Part shown: positions 26,551 through 38,720 of the stretch, one piece after another | How positions within the stretch are numbered: the first letter of the stretch is position 1 | How the letters are laid out: each line of letters starts with the position of its first letter | Assembly (NCBI GenBank): GCA_030141605.1 | Contig: JAQGDQ010000571.1 | Location: 1-64,000, forward strand | Length of the DNA: 64,000 nucleotides | Source of the DNA: Tubiluchus corallicola | Lineage: Eukaryota; Animalia; Priapulida | Direction of reading: 5' to 3' | The notes under the pieces: generated by a model | Databases searched by the model: none | What the model was told of the DNA's origin: nothing | What the model saw: the letters and a program-made list of their open reading frames with translations, nothing else | Position numbers and translations under genes: made by a program

Positions 26551-28245
26551 TTTCCCTAATTAAACTTTCTAAAAACTAAGCTGTATTAGTGTTGCATATT
26601 TGCAGCGGTCTTTACTGTTATAGCAAGTTGAGCTAACTTCAATGTTTATTGTCTAACTTCTGTAGTTCATTTTCAAAGCCTGGACTCCAATTGTCAATCT
26701 CCTCATGCAGTCATACAGGCAATTTTTTGTGCTTTAACTATCTGCCTATTTATTTTAACTCAGATCATTAAAAATCGCTTTGTAAGTTTTTAATGACTCC
26801 ATTATACATTCGCTTGTTTATGCACGACTATAACACACAACTTACAATGTTGTTTACAATGTAATTGTTTATTCCGGTTGTTTTTCCCCTGCATGATATG
26901 CTTTTTGTTATGTAAATTATAACTTCTGAATGTCTGTGCATGAACATTAACGCCTATTAACTAACTAACGAAATTTAATATACTTCAATATACCAATATG
27001 TAGATAAACCTGATTCTCAGTTCTATTATTTACATGATAATTTATTTTTGACTATAAGCATATCAATTTAATGTCATTCGTAACAATTAAATCCTTATTA
27101 TAAGCAGTACTAACACTAATACAGTGTAGCATAGCGCTTATAAAAATGTTTATCACTAACCAAAGGGCAGCCGACTAGATGACCAATTGATTTTTTGCTG
27201 CCCTTTCTTCACATTTTTGTTTCTAAATTAATTGTATTATAACTGTGCGTGTGTTACAAGATAAATAAAAAAGATTATAGATTATAGATTATCTATGGAG
27301 TGTGTTGTATTAGCAGCTGTTGATAAATCAAGTTTTTTTCCCCCGGGTCTCTTATTCGTGAAATTGCTTGCCAGATTGTTTCGCTGTCAAATGCAACCCA
27401 AACTGCTTCAAGAACAATACTAACAGCAACTTTCTGTTACTAGAAAATGGACCCACAAAATTACAAAAGTAGTTGGTATTTTGTTAGAAAGTTTTTCCTG
27501 GGCTTGTGCACCTATTATATCCATTTCTCAACTGCACTTTTGTTTAGAGATTTTATATGAAAAAGCAATATTTCTTATTTATTAATTTTTAATTTACGAT
27601 CTCATTTTTGTGTGTGTTCGCGTATCTTCACAAAGTCTGCAAATGTTTTCTTTTTTCTGCGTTAATGTTTTTTATTGATTTTCCATTTGATGCTAAAGTT
27701 AATGGGCCATGATGGCTTTCATTATGCCTCTGTAATTTCTATTACTATCTGTCTGTCTTGTAAGCTTATTCAGTTGTCATCATTATGACAGTTCTTCCCT
27801 TTATTACCATGTCTTGTCATCACATTGTTAGTACGCATGCGCACAACATGTTGGTATTACTGGCTACAGCGTGTGTTTCTCAGGATCAGCAAAGTTATTG
27901 TGAGTACTCCAGAATGTGAAGCATTGGCAAATTTGGGTTATTTGCTTATTGAGTTTTTCTGCCCCTTGGCCTGTATATGTCAACCGGATGATTGTTTAGA
28001 CTCAATCTCATTTAATATACTGTCCAAAATATACATTTTCTTGCCAATAAAACATGGCAATTACAAAGTTGGTATCTTACATTTAAATAATTAGCTTAGA
28101 AAGTTAATTAACGGCAACCGAACACAGCTATTTCTTACCACCATTGTGCATTGGCAGCTATCTTCCCTTGTGTGTGAAGCACGTTTGCGTAAGTGTTACT
28201 GCTTAAACGGATGATGTCACGAAAATGGCCTCTACATCATATCAC

Positions 28246-28518
28246 GTCAGAAATTAACACTGCAGTTCATGATCATGTTTATCACGGCACCGCCTTCTAT
28301 TTGTCGGTCGCGCGCATGTGACAAAAAGGCGCCATTGCCAATTTTAATAGATTCACTGAGCCACGCGTAGCTTTGAAAGTTTAACTAAATTTGAGTATCC
28401 AAGGTAATTATTATTTAATGTAAGCTTTGATTCATAAAAAAGCTATTGTAGTTTTCAATATTTTAGAGCATTCTTTATTCTGAACTAATGTTTACACAAT
28501 CGTCTGGTTTTCTTTTAA
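28246..28518 (+). mobile_element. Core plus right arm of family E MITE
   Basis: Ends TTTTCTT-TTAA; inverted match to 12873-13045. Confidence 0.75.
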
Positions 28519-29119
28519 ATCCCGTTTATAGTAGTCGCGGAATCTATTGGTGAGCGAGTGGTACAAATTGAATTGACAATGCAGTGCTGTTTTACCAGAT
28601 GGCGCGAAAACTTTAAATTATTAAGAATTTTCTTTTCTAATTGTATTTTCTAAGTCTTTCAAGCGAGCAAGCGTAATGCCAAATAATATAATTTTCGGTG
28701 GGAATTTTTTTGGGACATATTTTAGAATAGCCTTTCCTTCTCCTTTAAGACGGTCAGAATGCTGCCTTTGTTCTAAGAGTTGTCATCATTCTTACTCTCT
28801 TCTGGTGTAGCTTCTGTTGCTTCTTATGCAAACATTAAACAAAGATGATGAAAAGCTTCTGCTCTCTTCGTAAATACCGAATTATTGACTGTCTTCTGCG
28901 AGCCGAGGAAGGCGATTTTTGTTCAATTTGAAAAAGTATCAGTCCGGGATTAGTTTCATGGTGAAAATGACAAATCCCTGAGAACTGCCGCTCGGTGGAG
29001 CTTTTGTAATTCTCTCTAGTTTGAGATGTTAACTGGTGGATTTTCTCTCTTAGAGTCATGATGTCATCGCATCATGTTATTGCTGAAAAATTCTCTTAGA
29101 GATTTCCTCTCTCAAATAT

Positions 29120-29480
29120 CAATTATAAGCCTCTTTTGTAGCCATTTTAATGGAAGATGCTGTCAAGACCTTTTTCGTCGTTGTATCATAAATTTTGCGG
29201 TTTGTATGTAGTACTTTCTGGTAGTTTCAATCTAGACATTCCTTGATGCACAACAGCTGCTTTTAAATTCATTTTTTCCCTCGGGCTCCTTACCTGTGGA
29301 ATTCGTTAGCAGGCAATCGTTTCCCTGTTAAGCACAACCTCGAAGGCTGCAAAAAGAACAAGCAACTCCTATCAATAGGAAATGGTTTTAAAATTCCAAT
29401 TTTCTGGAGGTGTGTTTGTCCTCCTATCTGCTGCATGCCTTACCTTGGGAGACCATCAGCCTTGTTACCGGCGATTTGTA
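29120..29480 (+). mobile_element. Degenerate CR1-like LINE 3' end
   Basis: Fragmentary F..FFPRA..LWNSL motif at about 29260-29308, followed by a low-complexity (GTT/GCT) tail. Confidence 0.5.
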
Positions 29481-29789
29481 TATTATAAAACCGTACCCGC
29501 TGTTGTTGTTGTTATTGTTGTTTTTTCCGTTCATGACTGCAGCCTCTGCTGTTGTTGCTATTGTTGCTGCTGTTACTGTTATTGTGCTCATTGCACTGCT
29601 GCTGCTGTTATCATATTGTTGTATTTTGTGACACGATTATACTTCGATCCTTCTTTTTTACGCATGATGCCATCATTGCTTTTTTACTTGTCTTACTCGT
29701 GTCACCTGAATATGTGATGCCTGGGTTTGTTTTACCTGCATGTAACTTGTTTACTGATTAGTGATTTCACTAATATTAGGAAGAAAAGG

Positions 29790-30115
29790 AAATTTTAAAC
29801 TGCGTCTCAAAAAACTTTCCATATAATGTTATATCACTTTGCAATGCATCTGTGTGAATGACATATGTGAGTGAAAAAGAAAATTCTTAATAATTTGAAA
29901 TGTTTGCGCCAGATTGCAAGATGTCGCTGCCCCAGTGTGCGCTACTGACACACCAAAAATGTATTTTTAATCTTATTGACAATATAAATATAATCTAAAC
30001 TTTTTGCTTTGTTAGCGAAGCATGTGCTGCAAATGCTCTGATTATTTTTTCAAACCTTACGCAATGTTTTCTAAACTTGTTTCAAATGACTTACTGTCAA
30101 AATGGCTGCGCCTTA
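29790..30115 (-). mobile_element. Family A copy
   Basis: ccaaaaatgtatttttaatcttattgacaa and aaaatggctgcgcc shared with the other copies. Confidence 0.7.
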
Positions 30116-31634
30116 CGATCATCGCGAGGGGGGTTAGTTAACAGTTTCTACACAGCGTTGCTGCTAGTACAAGTTCCGTGTGCATGTGAGTGATGCAAAA
30201 TTTCAGGTTTATTTTTTAGCTTTCTGCAAGATTTCTGTTTTCTTGCCCTTTAATTTTTCTCATTTCATCTCCCCGCTGTTACGAACGTAGCTAGTGAGTG
30301 ACCGAGAGTGACCACATACTTTTCATTGACTTGGTGTTGCAATGATAGCCATGTCTTCTAAGTTGGATTAGATTCTATACTTGTGTCATTGGAATGACCT
30401 TGGCTTCGAACATTGGGACATCAATTGAAACCTTATCAGATTGATTAGAGCAACATGACACATTACATTCTTTATATCTATGACTTGTTAGACATCTATG
30501 TCCTCCTCTCTGTGTTTAGCTTGAAAGTGATTTGCTGACTGAAATTGAAGGTTAAATGGCTTCAGAATTCAAATGATTAATGATTGGTTGTTCAGGACAT
30601 TAATGAAATTGCTGATTGGTCAGCTAGATGGCTCTGCTTGACAAGCAAGTTGACAGGGAAGATGACAAATGGTTGTGATACTCATTGGTTCGTTTATTTG
30701 CGTGTCATTTTGACCATGATTATATCTAACAGAAGCCCTTTTTACTGGTTTAATTGAGGTCCTGATTCTGAAGATGCCAAATAGAAAGTACTTTTTAGTA
30801 AAAGTATGTTTGTTTCCTGTATTTCTTGGAAAACGTTGATGCTTTTCGTCATATTAAAACTGATTTGAAGGTTTCGGTTTACAATTACTGGTGTTATTAT
30901 TCATGCAGTTTTTTCGGACATATTTTAGAATAGTCTTTCCTTCTCTTTTAAGTGGACTGTCTGTGCACTACCGTTGTTTTTCACATTATTTTTTTCTTGC
31001 CGAGAATTTTGTAAACAACTGTACATTATTTTCATTTTATTTAATTCGTAACTAATTATTGTGATACTTATTCATCATCTTCATTTATTATTATTCTTTT
31101 TTCACTTATGCTATTGTTGTTATGTTTGTTTTTATAGTTTTGCTTTTGTTATTATGTTATGTCTATATGTCTATCTGCAGCATCACCGTTAATTTTTAAT
31201 AGACTAATCTATTTATAAAAAAGGGCAGGATACTAGATGACCCTGTGGTCCTTCCCTGCCCTGCTCCATGACTATAATTACTTAATATTTTAACATTTTT
31301 GATGTTAAACTAATTGGAGAAAATAAATGTTCTATGTTCTAAGAGTTACAATTGTTTTTGCTCTCTTCTGGTGCAGTTTGTTTTTGTTGCTTACTGTACA
31401 AACATTAAACAAAGATAAATTCCATTTTAAATAAATTGGCAGATGAAAATAAGGTTTTTTATTATCATCTCGCATTTGGCTCAAGTGTTTGGTTTTGCTG
31501 GCATTGTTCATTTTTGTGCCACACTCATCCTTGTTCATGCTCTGAATGCAGCTGAGGAAAGGAGAAGTCAGTTAGCATTTTAGATTTTTTTCCAATTATC
31601 ACTCAAAATATAATAAAGAAATTTGCAAACTACG

Positions 31635-32084
31635 GCTGTAAGGTACTCGCTTATAAGGGACACTCACTTAAGAAGGACTTAACACCGGTCCCGATTTTTC
31701 GTAACGTTTTCCTTATAAAAATTTTCGTATATAATTTACTCGGATATAAGGGACTTTCGGTTATAAGAGACGATATCTTCAGGTCCCGCATAATAGAAAC
31801 CCAGGTAAATTACCTCGCACACCCTATGATCAAATATTTTTTACATCCTAAAAAGTCTATGCAGAGACCCCGCGCGGGCCTGACTGTATTCTCTTGGACT
31901 ATGGTCGGGTCTTGTGGCTGTAATGATGTGGGTAACTAGATGAAAATATAAAAAAAGAAAGTTGCTCAAGCGAAATTGGCCAATTTTTAATCTGCGGTTA
32001 TAATCGGTTTCTGCGGCTCAACTTTGGCCATATGGGATGATTTCTTCCGCTCCGGAAGTGTCCCTTGTATCCGAGGTTGACTGC
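31635..32084. mobile_element. pogo/Tigger-like MITE (family F)
   Basis: Right end gtcccttgtatccgaggttgactg and repeated ttataaggga motifs; second copy at 44553-45023. Confidence 0.75.
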
Positions 32085-32247
32085 ATTACCACGGTATAGA
32101 AATTTACAAGCGCAATGGTAGCTACTATATACTTGAAAATTGACCTAACTGGTGGGCTTTGTAACTTTTCGTAAGCCCATTGGAGCTGTTCCTTAAGTGA
32201 GTTCTGCTGAAACTTTTGAGGCTTACCTACTGTGAGGGTTACCTATG

Positions 32248-32518
32248 ATGAGGATGATGATGGCGGGCATTCAGTGGGTGAGACACGTTTTAGTCAATTC
32301 GCTTAGGAATTGTGGATGTTGACGGGCATTCAGTGGCTGAGACACGTTTTAGTCAATTCGCTTAGGAATTGTGGATGATGATGGACATTCAGTGGGTGAG
32401 ACACGTTTTAGTCAATTCGGTTTTAGTCAATTCGCTTAGGAATTGTGGATGATGATGGACATTCAGTGGGTGAGACACGTTTTAGTCAATTCGGTTAGGA
32501 ATAGTGGATGATGATGAG
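32248..32518. repeat. ~61-74-bp tandem repeat, 4 copies
   Basis: cattcagtgggtgagacacgttttagtcaattcg occurs four times. Confidence 0.92.
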
Positions 32519-32940
32519 CATTTATTTGCTGAGATGAATTTTCAAACCTTTTTCATTAATGGAGTATTAATGACAAGCATTCATTTGGTGTGATAGCATG
32601 CCGACCTCCGGAGAGTACGTTGCCATTTGGCTGTAAACAATGCTTCAAATACGAATAAGCTTTCTTAAACCTGCTTTCCGTAGATGTTGAGTTTAATCTG
32701 AGAAGCGAACTTGATTTTCTTCCCCCATGATTGCGAATTGCAAGTTTAATCATGTTTTTTTTCAAATCATAAAAAGAATTAGAATGCGTATTTATTTTTT
32801 TTTGCAGAGCATGTAGAAGCAAACAGTGCAAACTTATGCAATTCTCTGCAGCCAGCTTATAAGGAACCAGAGGAGTTAAATTAATGCCTGCGAACTTGAT
32901 GATGAATTTTTGGACAACCAGTATACTGAGATAGTGTTCA

Positions 32941-32985
32941 ATGAGGCTTATCTCTAGGCAGAGAGGCATTGCCTATCTATGTCAG
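32941..32985 (+). CDS. POMGNT1: POMGNT1 probable first coding segment (cytoplasmic tail); exon probably starts at 32808 with 5'UTR
   Basis: MRLISRQRGIAYLCQ|gtaata resembles human ...NQRALRRFCQ| ahead of the TM exon. Phase 0 fits the next exon. Strong acceptor tttttttttgcag ends at 32807. In-frame TAG at 32932 precedes the ATG. Confidence 0.75.
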
Positions 32986-33176
32986 GTAATACGAAAATTC
33001 TACAACAATAAAATAACAGTAATAATGTTAACTTTTCCTTTTGGATTACCAAAAGATTTTTATGAAAAAGTGAACCCCTGTTGGTCCGGTATCTCATTTC
33101 ATAGGCACAACCTTATCGAATAGTTAGGTTGTGTCTAGTTGCATCCAGATACATTCATTAGGCTGTTCCCGCTGAA

Positions 33177-34062
33177 TGTTGTAATCATACTTGGATCTGA
33201 CTTGGTCTGACTATTTCTTGCCCGCACACATAATCTGTAATTTTCTTGATGAGCCTAATTTGGCTTGGGTTAGTAAGTTCGGTAAAATCTAAGAGGTGTT
33301 AGGAAACGATTGCCCTTCCAACCCGGACATGAAACCGAAAAGAATAGCTAAAAATTAACAACGCTTTCAGAAAAAGGATTTAATTATGAGTAAAAGATTT
33401 AAAAAAACAGATTAAATAAGATAAGTAATAATGAATAAAATATTAATATTGAACTGCTGGTGGCACCTTGCCAGCCAGGCGTGGTTCGGCCCTCCAGGTA
33501 CGGAGACAGAGCAGCCTAATAATGATTTCCACATAACTACAATTAAACAAAACTGAATTAAATAATGCCGACTATTTAACTGGAAAGAGATTTAAATATT
33601 ACAAGACCTAAACTAACTTTGACAAGATTTTATACAAATTAAAGAAAAACAGAACAAAGAAATAAAGTGGAGAGACTGATACCTAACTTGCGTTATATAG
33701 CGGGTAGCAGGAGAATTGTAACTTTGACAGAGGAAGCACAAGCACAAGAACCACCAACTCTGCACGACCCGATTACCATTGTAGCTCCAAAGTACAGCAG
33801 GTTTTCACCCTCCTTTTATAACCTTCCCCAAACTAGTGTACATATCAGAGATAGAGCCAAAATGAAACCTGATTGGTTGAAAGTAAAAAGGTGTGAAGAT
33901 TTAACCAATAAGAAGTGAAATTTTTGTAGGTTTAATAAAAACTTAGGTTTGAACTACTGGTACTTTTAGGAGTGACGTGCAACACTAGTTTGGTAACCAC
34001 GTCATACTTTGGAATAAAGGTAAAGGTTGTGCAGAGTGGGCCGCCCTGGCGCCTGCGCTACA
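33177..34062 (-). mobile_element. Possible solo LTR, antisense to POMGNT1
   Basis: Minus strand starts TGTAGCGC at 34062 and carries CCAAT boxes and TATAAAAG; left boundary and TSD not confirmed. Confidence 0.35.
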
Positions 34063-34109
34063 ATATTAAAAGTACATTTACATCTGCTTGTGGTAAGTGA
34101 TAACCTTAC

Positions 34110-34575
34110 AGAACGAGAAGACCCTCCACTTACATGAAGCTTAAAAAAATCATCTTGAAATTTTGTACTGCTTACTGGCTTTCTGCACGCAGGGCTTGCA
34201 TCAGCAGTAACGCTGTATAAAACTTGTAATTTAAACTCCCTCAATTAGGCGCAGCCATTTTAATGGTAGGTCGTTTAAAACAGGTTTTGATAGCATTAAG
34301 TAAAGTTTGAAAAAATAATCAGAGCATTCGTAGCATACAAGTAATTAATTGTTGCTAATTAAGTAAAATTTTAAATTACTGTTTCTTCTCAATAAGATTA
34401 AAAATATGTTTTTGGCTAGTGAGTGGTGCACCCTGGAGGTTGAGTCATTTTACCAATTGGCACAAACATTTTAAATTATTATTTCTAGTTACATTGTTCT
34501 TTCCAGCAGGTAAGTGAAATGCTAAGTAATAACGATTTGCACGGAAAGTTCTTTGGAGCATAATTTAACATTGCC
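34110..34575 (+). mobile_element. Family A copy
   Basis: Reverse complement of 48620-49050; ends about 40 bp before the TM exon acceptor. Confidence 0.8.
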
Positions 34576-34614
34576 TAGCATTTTCTGTGAGCCTACTTTG
34601 TTACTCTTCTCCAG

Positions 34615-34717
34615 GTCATTTTAGTGATTGTACTGCTCGTTACCGTTGCCGTAAACATCGTCTTCATCCTGGACACGGGACGGAAGCTGCTGGCTAACGA
34701 GAATGAGAATTTCATTG
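34615..34717 (+). CDS. POMGNT1: POMGNT1 transmembrane exon
   Basis: ctccag|VILVIVLLVTVAVNIVFILDTGRKLLANENENFI+G|gtaagt; human LFLLVTVIVNIKLILDT. 103 nt. Confidence 0.93.
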
Positions 34718-34949
34718 GTAAGTGTAAGAAGCTTTTCTCGCTGTAATTGCCAAGACTGTGTCCCTTGGTGTTTATAAGTGAGGAGATTTTTGCTGATCTC
34801 TTTCCGAACGGCTAATAAAAGTCATTCATTCTCAGTGATGTATTTAACTCATTATGGACAAGAAAATGATGAGAAAACCCTTAAACCAGAAACGTTGTCA
34901 GATAAAGTCAATATTTGATTATAATAAGCCTTTTCACAGTTGTTATACG

Positions 34950-35230
34950 TTAAAGGTTAAGTGTACCACAGCAATGCATCTTAGCTGTAATTGTCACGTG
35001 GCATGTGGGTAAAGCAAAGTATTTTGCCTCATCAGTTGAGTAACTTCATTTATTTTACGTGCACTTTACTTTATTATGCATTAATCTGTGTGTAAGAGTG
35101 TTTTACTAGCAGCATCTTGCTTGGAAACAAGGGTCTAGCTAGCTGTTAAAACTGTTGCTGAACAATAGCGTAGGCTGTGAGGCATTGTCAAGTGTACGCA
35201 AAGCGTTGTCTGATACAGTTAACCTTTGAC
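34950..35230 (+). mobile_element. Family C MITE
   Basis: TTAA-AGGTTAAGTGTACCAC ... TTAACCT-TTGA. Confidence 0.7.
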
Positions 35231-35311
35231 CTTTTCACGATCATAATTAATCGCTGGAACTGTGAGAAGGTTTATTAATCAAATACAATTATCATCATAG
35301 TTGTTTTTGAC

Positions 35312-35859
35312 TAGGGATGCACTGGTTCCAGTTGTGCCGGTTCAGGTTGGATCCGGATCTGTACGTGCCCGTGTATTGACTGTTTGTTTAAAAAATTGAG
35401 TAACTTTAAATGGAAACACTGCAAACGTTCATGCGTTGTAATTTTGAACACTTGATCTGCGCTTCGTTTAAACAAAAAAAACAGCCAAACTACGTTTTTC
35501 AGAAATCAATGGCCCTATGTTTTAGCAGACATTATTGCAGCAATAGCGCTATCCTTATACACTATTTGGAACCAGAGTGTGAAGATTACCGGTGCTGCTT
35601 GAGCTATGGTGGCATATAAACTAAGCGATACTTTTGCAAATTTCTAAAGATTTTAATAGAAATCCTTCAAATTCTTTGAAAGATTAAGACAATTCGGGTA
35701 ACTAAACTATTATCAATATTTTTTCTTATGCGCTTTAAATTTTGGTCTGTAGTTTTATTCCTAGAAAAATGGAAATCAAACAGTGCAAAGTCCGATGCAC
35801 ATTTCTGCCGGATACGGATCCGTTGAAATTACCGCATCTCAGCATTTATTACATCCCTA
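35312..35859. mobile_element. hAT-like MITE
   Basis: TIR TAGGGATG...CATCCCTA, subterminal CCGGAT repeats, imperfect TSD gttttt(g)ac. Confidence 0.75.
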
Positions 35860-37105
35860 GTTTTTACACAGTTGGAATCATCACCGATGAGATATCAAAT
35901 TCAAAAGTAAACAGTTATTTTCTCGGTACATTCACAAGTTAAGCAACACTGGATCTGCTTAGTAGAAGCACGTGCGACAGCCCATAACGAAACCGATTTT
36001 GGGTGATCTGCTGTACTACCCCTGATTATTCAGTGAGTATTTATCTGAATGTTACTAAGACATCTACAACCGGTTCAGGTCAGAATTTTAATGAAGATTT
36101 CTCGATAGTAAACTAGATACCGGTCCCGCTGCAACCTCCTGCGCAAAAGAAAGGAAACTAGTTGGAATCGGCTGTTTCTAGATGTCGTGGTTTGGGATAT
36201 CCGCCTCGTCTTGTTGGCTAAAACGTTTTCTTCAGTTCAAGGTTTAGCAACAAGAGACTCGGTCGTAAAAACCTCTCGCGATTTTCAACGAGCGCTGCAC
36301 TTAATTCACATTTTTATCTTCAACCCATTTCATCCATGAAAACTAATCTTTATTAAGTCTTTTATGCTTAACGTAACGATTCATTCAGCTTGCGGGTAAT
36401 TAGCGCACTGTGATTAAAAATTCAGCAGCAAATTTGTCGTCGCATTTTTCCTCGATTTGAGGCAAATTTTGATTGATGATGATGATGAGACGGGGTTGCG
36501 AGGGAAGCTGAAAAAGAGGCGAATGGAAATGGTATCTGGAATTTCTTAGTTAGCTTAGGCATTTATTTTGACATAGTAGTGAGACAAATCGTACAGTAAT
36601 TATTGTTCAAGTTGTTCGTTAGATCTATTCTAAACTTGTAGAGCCGGTTTAGGTCACAATTGAACTGGTTTATCAGCTCCTTCGTCATTTGATAAGAGAA
36701 ATAATCGGCGTGATCAGGTAGTCACCAGGTCTCCCATACTTTCACTTGACAGACCCGGTGTAGCTTAAGTTTTACAGTCAAACAGTGAGTATAGATTTTA
36801 TCTTTAAAACACAAGGATTTTAACTATTTCATTCATTTCATATTTCAAAGGTTTGCTGCTGTTTTTGTTTAGATTTTACTAATTTAGCCACTAATTATTA
36901 AAATATTACCTATTATGTGTATTATTTTGTTTAATTTTGTAGTTTTAATAGATTTTGCAGGTTGTTTTAATTAGCATTTTCCCTGTGTCAGATTTAATTA
37001 TTAAAGTGCGACTTGAATTTTGCCTACTTTGTTATTAAAGTTTGTTTGTTTCGAGACTTTTCTCTAGCTGTGAGCAGAAGTGGGAGTAAAAAGGGTAGGT
37101 GCTGT

Positions 37106-38170
37106 TTAAAGCACAAGAAAACACTCTTCGTTAAGTAAAGCTTAAAAAAATCGTCTTAATTTTATATCGTATTGTCCTATTGCATGCAGAGCTTGCATTA
37201 GCAGTAGTGCTGTATAAACTTGAAATTTTAAACTCATGCGATGATCTTTAGGCACAGCCATTTTATCGAAAGCCATTTGAAACAAGTTTAGACAACATTG
37301 TGCAAAATTTGGAAAAATAATCAGTGCAATTGTAGAACAGTTTTCACTTATTAAGAAGCAAAAGTAGAAATTACTCTACATTGTCAATAAGATCAGTAAT
37401 GAGTTTTTTCTGGTGAGCCAGTAGTGCACACTGGGATGGCGATGCAGTGACATTTTACAAGGTGGCACAAACAGTACAGTTTTCACTAACTAAGAAGCAA
37501 ATACAGAAATTACTTTACAGGGTCAATAAGAACAATAATGAGTTTTTTGTGAGCCAGTAGTGCACAGTGGGATGGTAATACAAAATGGAGTGACATTTTA
37601 CAAGGTGGCGCAAGCAGTACAGTTTCACTAACTACGAAGCAAATACAGAAATTACTTTACAGGGTCAATTAGAACAATAATGAGTTTTTTGTGAGCCAGT
37701 AGTGCACAGTGGGATGGTAATGGAGAATGGAGTGACATTTTACAAGGTGGCACAAACAGTACAGTTTTCACTTACTAAGAAGCAAAAGTAGAAATTACTT
37801 TGCATTGTCAATAAGATCAATAATGAGTTTTTTCTGGTGAGCCAGTAGTGCACACTGGGGTGGCAATGCAGTGACGTTTTACAAGGTGGCACAAACATTA
37901 CAGTTTTCACTAACTAAGAAGCAAAAGTAGAAATTACTTTGCATTGTCAATAAGATCAATAATGTGTTTTTGGTGAGCCAGTAGTGCACCCTGGGATGGT
38001 GATGTAGTTTAGTGCACACTGGGATGGCATTGCAGTGACGTTTTATTATTAAGAATTTTCTTAATGACATTAATCTTTCAATTAGGTTACAACTGTAATG
38101 CTAAGTGATATAACTTTGTATGGAAAGTTCGTCGGGATATACCTTAACATTCCCTTTTCTTCCCCTTAAG
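37106..38170 (+). mobile_element. Family A copy with an internal ~140-bp segment amplified about 5 times
   Basis: TTAA-AGCACAAGAAAAC start and CCCC-TTAA end; gtgagccagtagtgcac occurs five times between 37413 and 37990. Confidence 0.85.
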
Positions 38171-38720
38171 TAATTCTTTTGTTGATGATCGCAGGTGGTA
38201 ATGCAGTCTGCAACATTCAAATGTTTGAAAGGTTCTCACGACATTCCTTGTTATTTCTTTTACTAGATTTTCCATAATTCATATTCCAGGCTCGTATTCG
38301 TTTATTCGAACGTTGCACAAGTGAAAGACAACTACTTAGCCTTATTGACTCGTTTCCGTGGAGACAAATTTCAAGCAGACTACATCTTCCTCTGTGTTGT
38401 GGGCTTTTTAAACTATTGTTGTGAGACCGGGGTTTGTGCGCCGTGGGGAGAGATACCGCATCGTTAATTCTCAAGATTATTTTTCAATAAAACATGACTG
38501 AATAAACTGCACGCGTTTATGCAGTTCCCATGGCAACCAAATTACCAATGACATCTATCCATAAATTTCAATTTTTTTTTTGGAAATTCAAGCCTAGTAG
38601 TATTAGCACCCATGGCAACTCTAATGCGGCATATATTAATTTTTCACACTTTCACCTTCAGTTGGACTCGCTTATGGAATAAATTAAGTTGACTTGAATC
38701 TAAGGCAACAACATTACATG

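Noticed and set aside
29382-29761. Cys-rich ORF with a signal-peptide-like start
   Set aside because: Derived from a low-complexity GTT/GCT tail next to a LINE 3' end.
32883-32957. Protein-like alternative frame NACELDDEFLDNQYTEIVFNEAYL*
   Set aside because: Preceded by an in-frame TAA with no ATG or acceptor leading into it.
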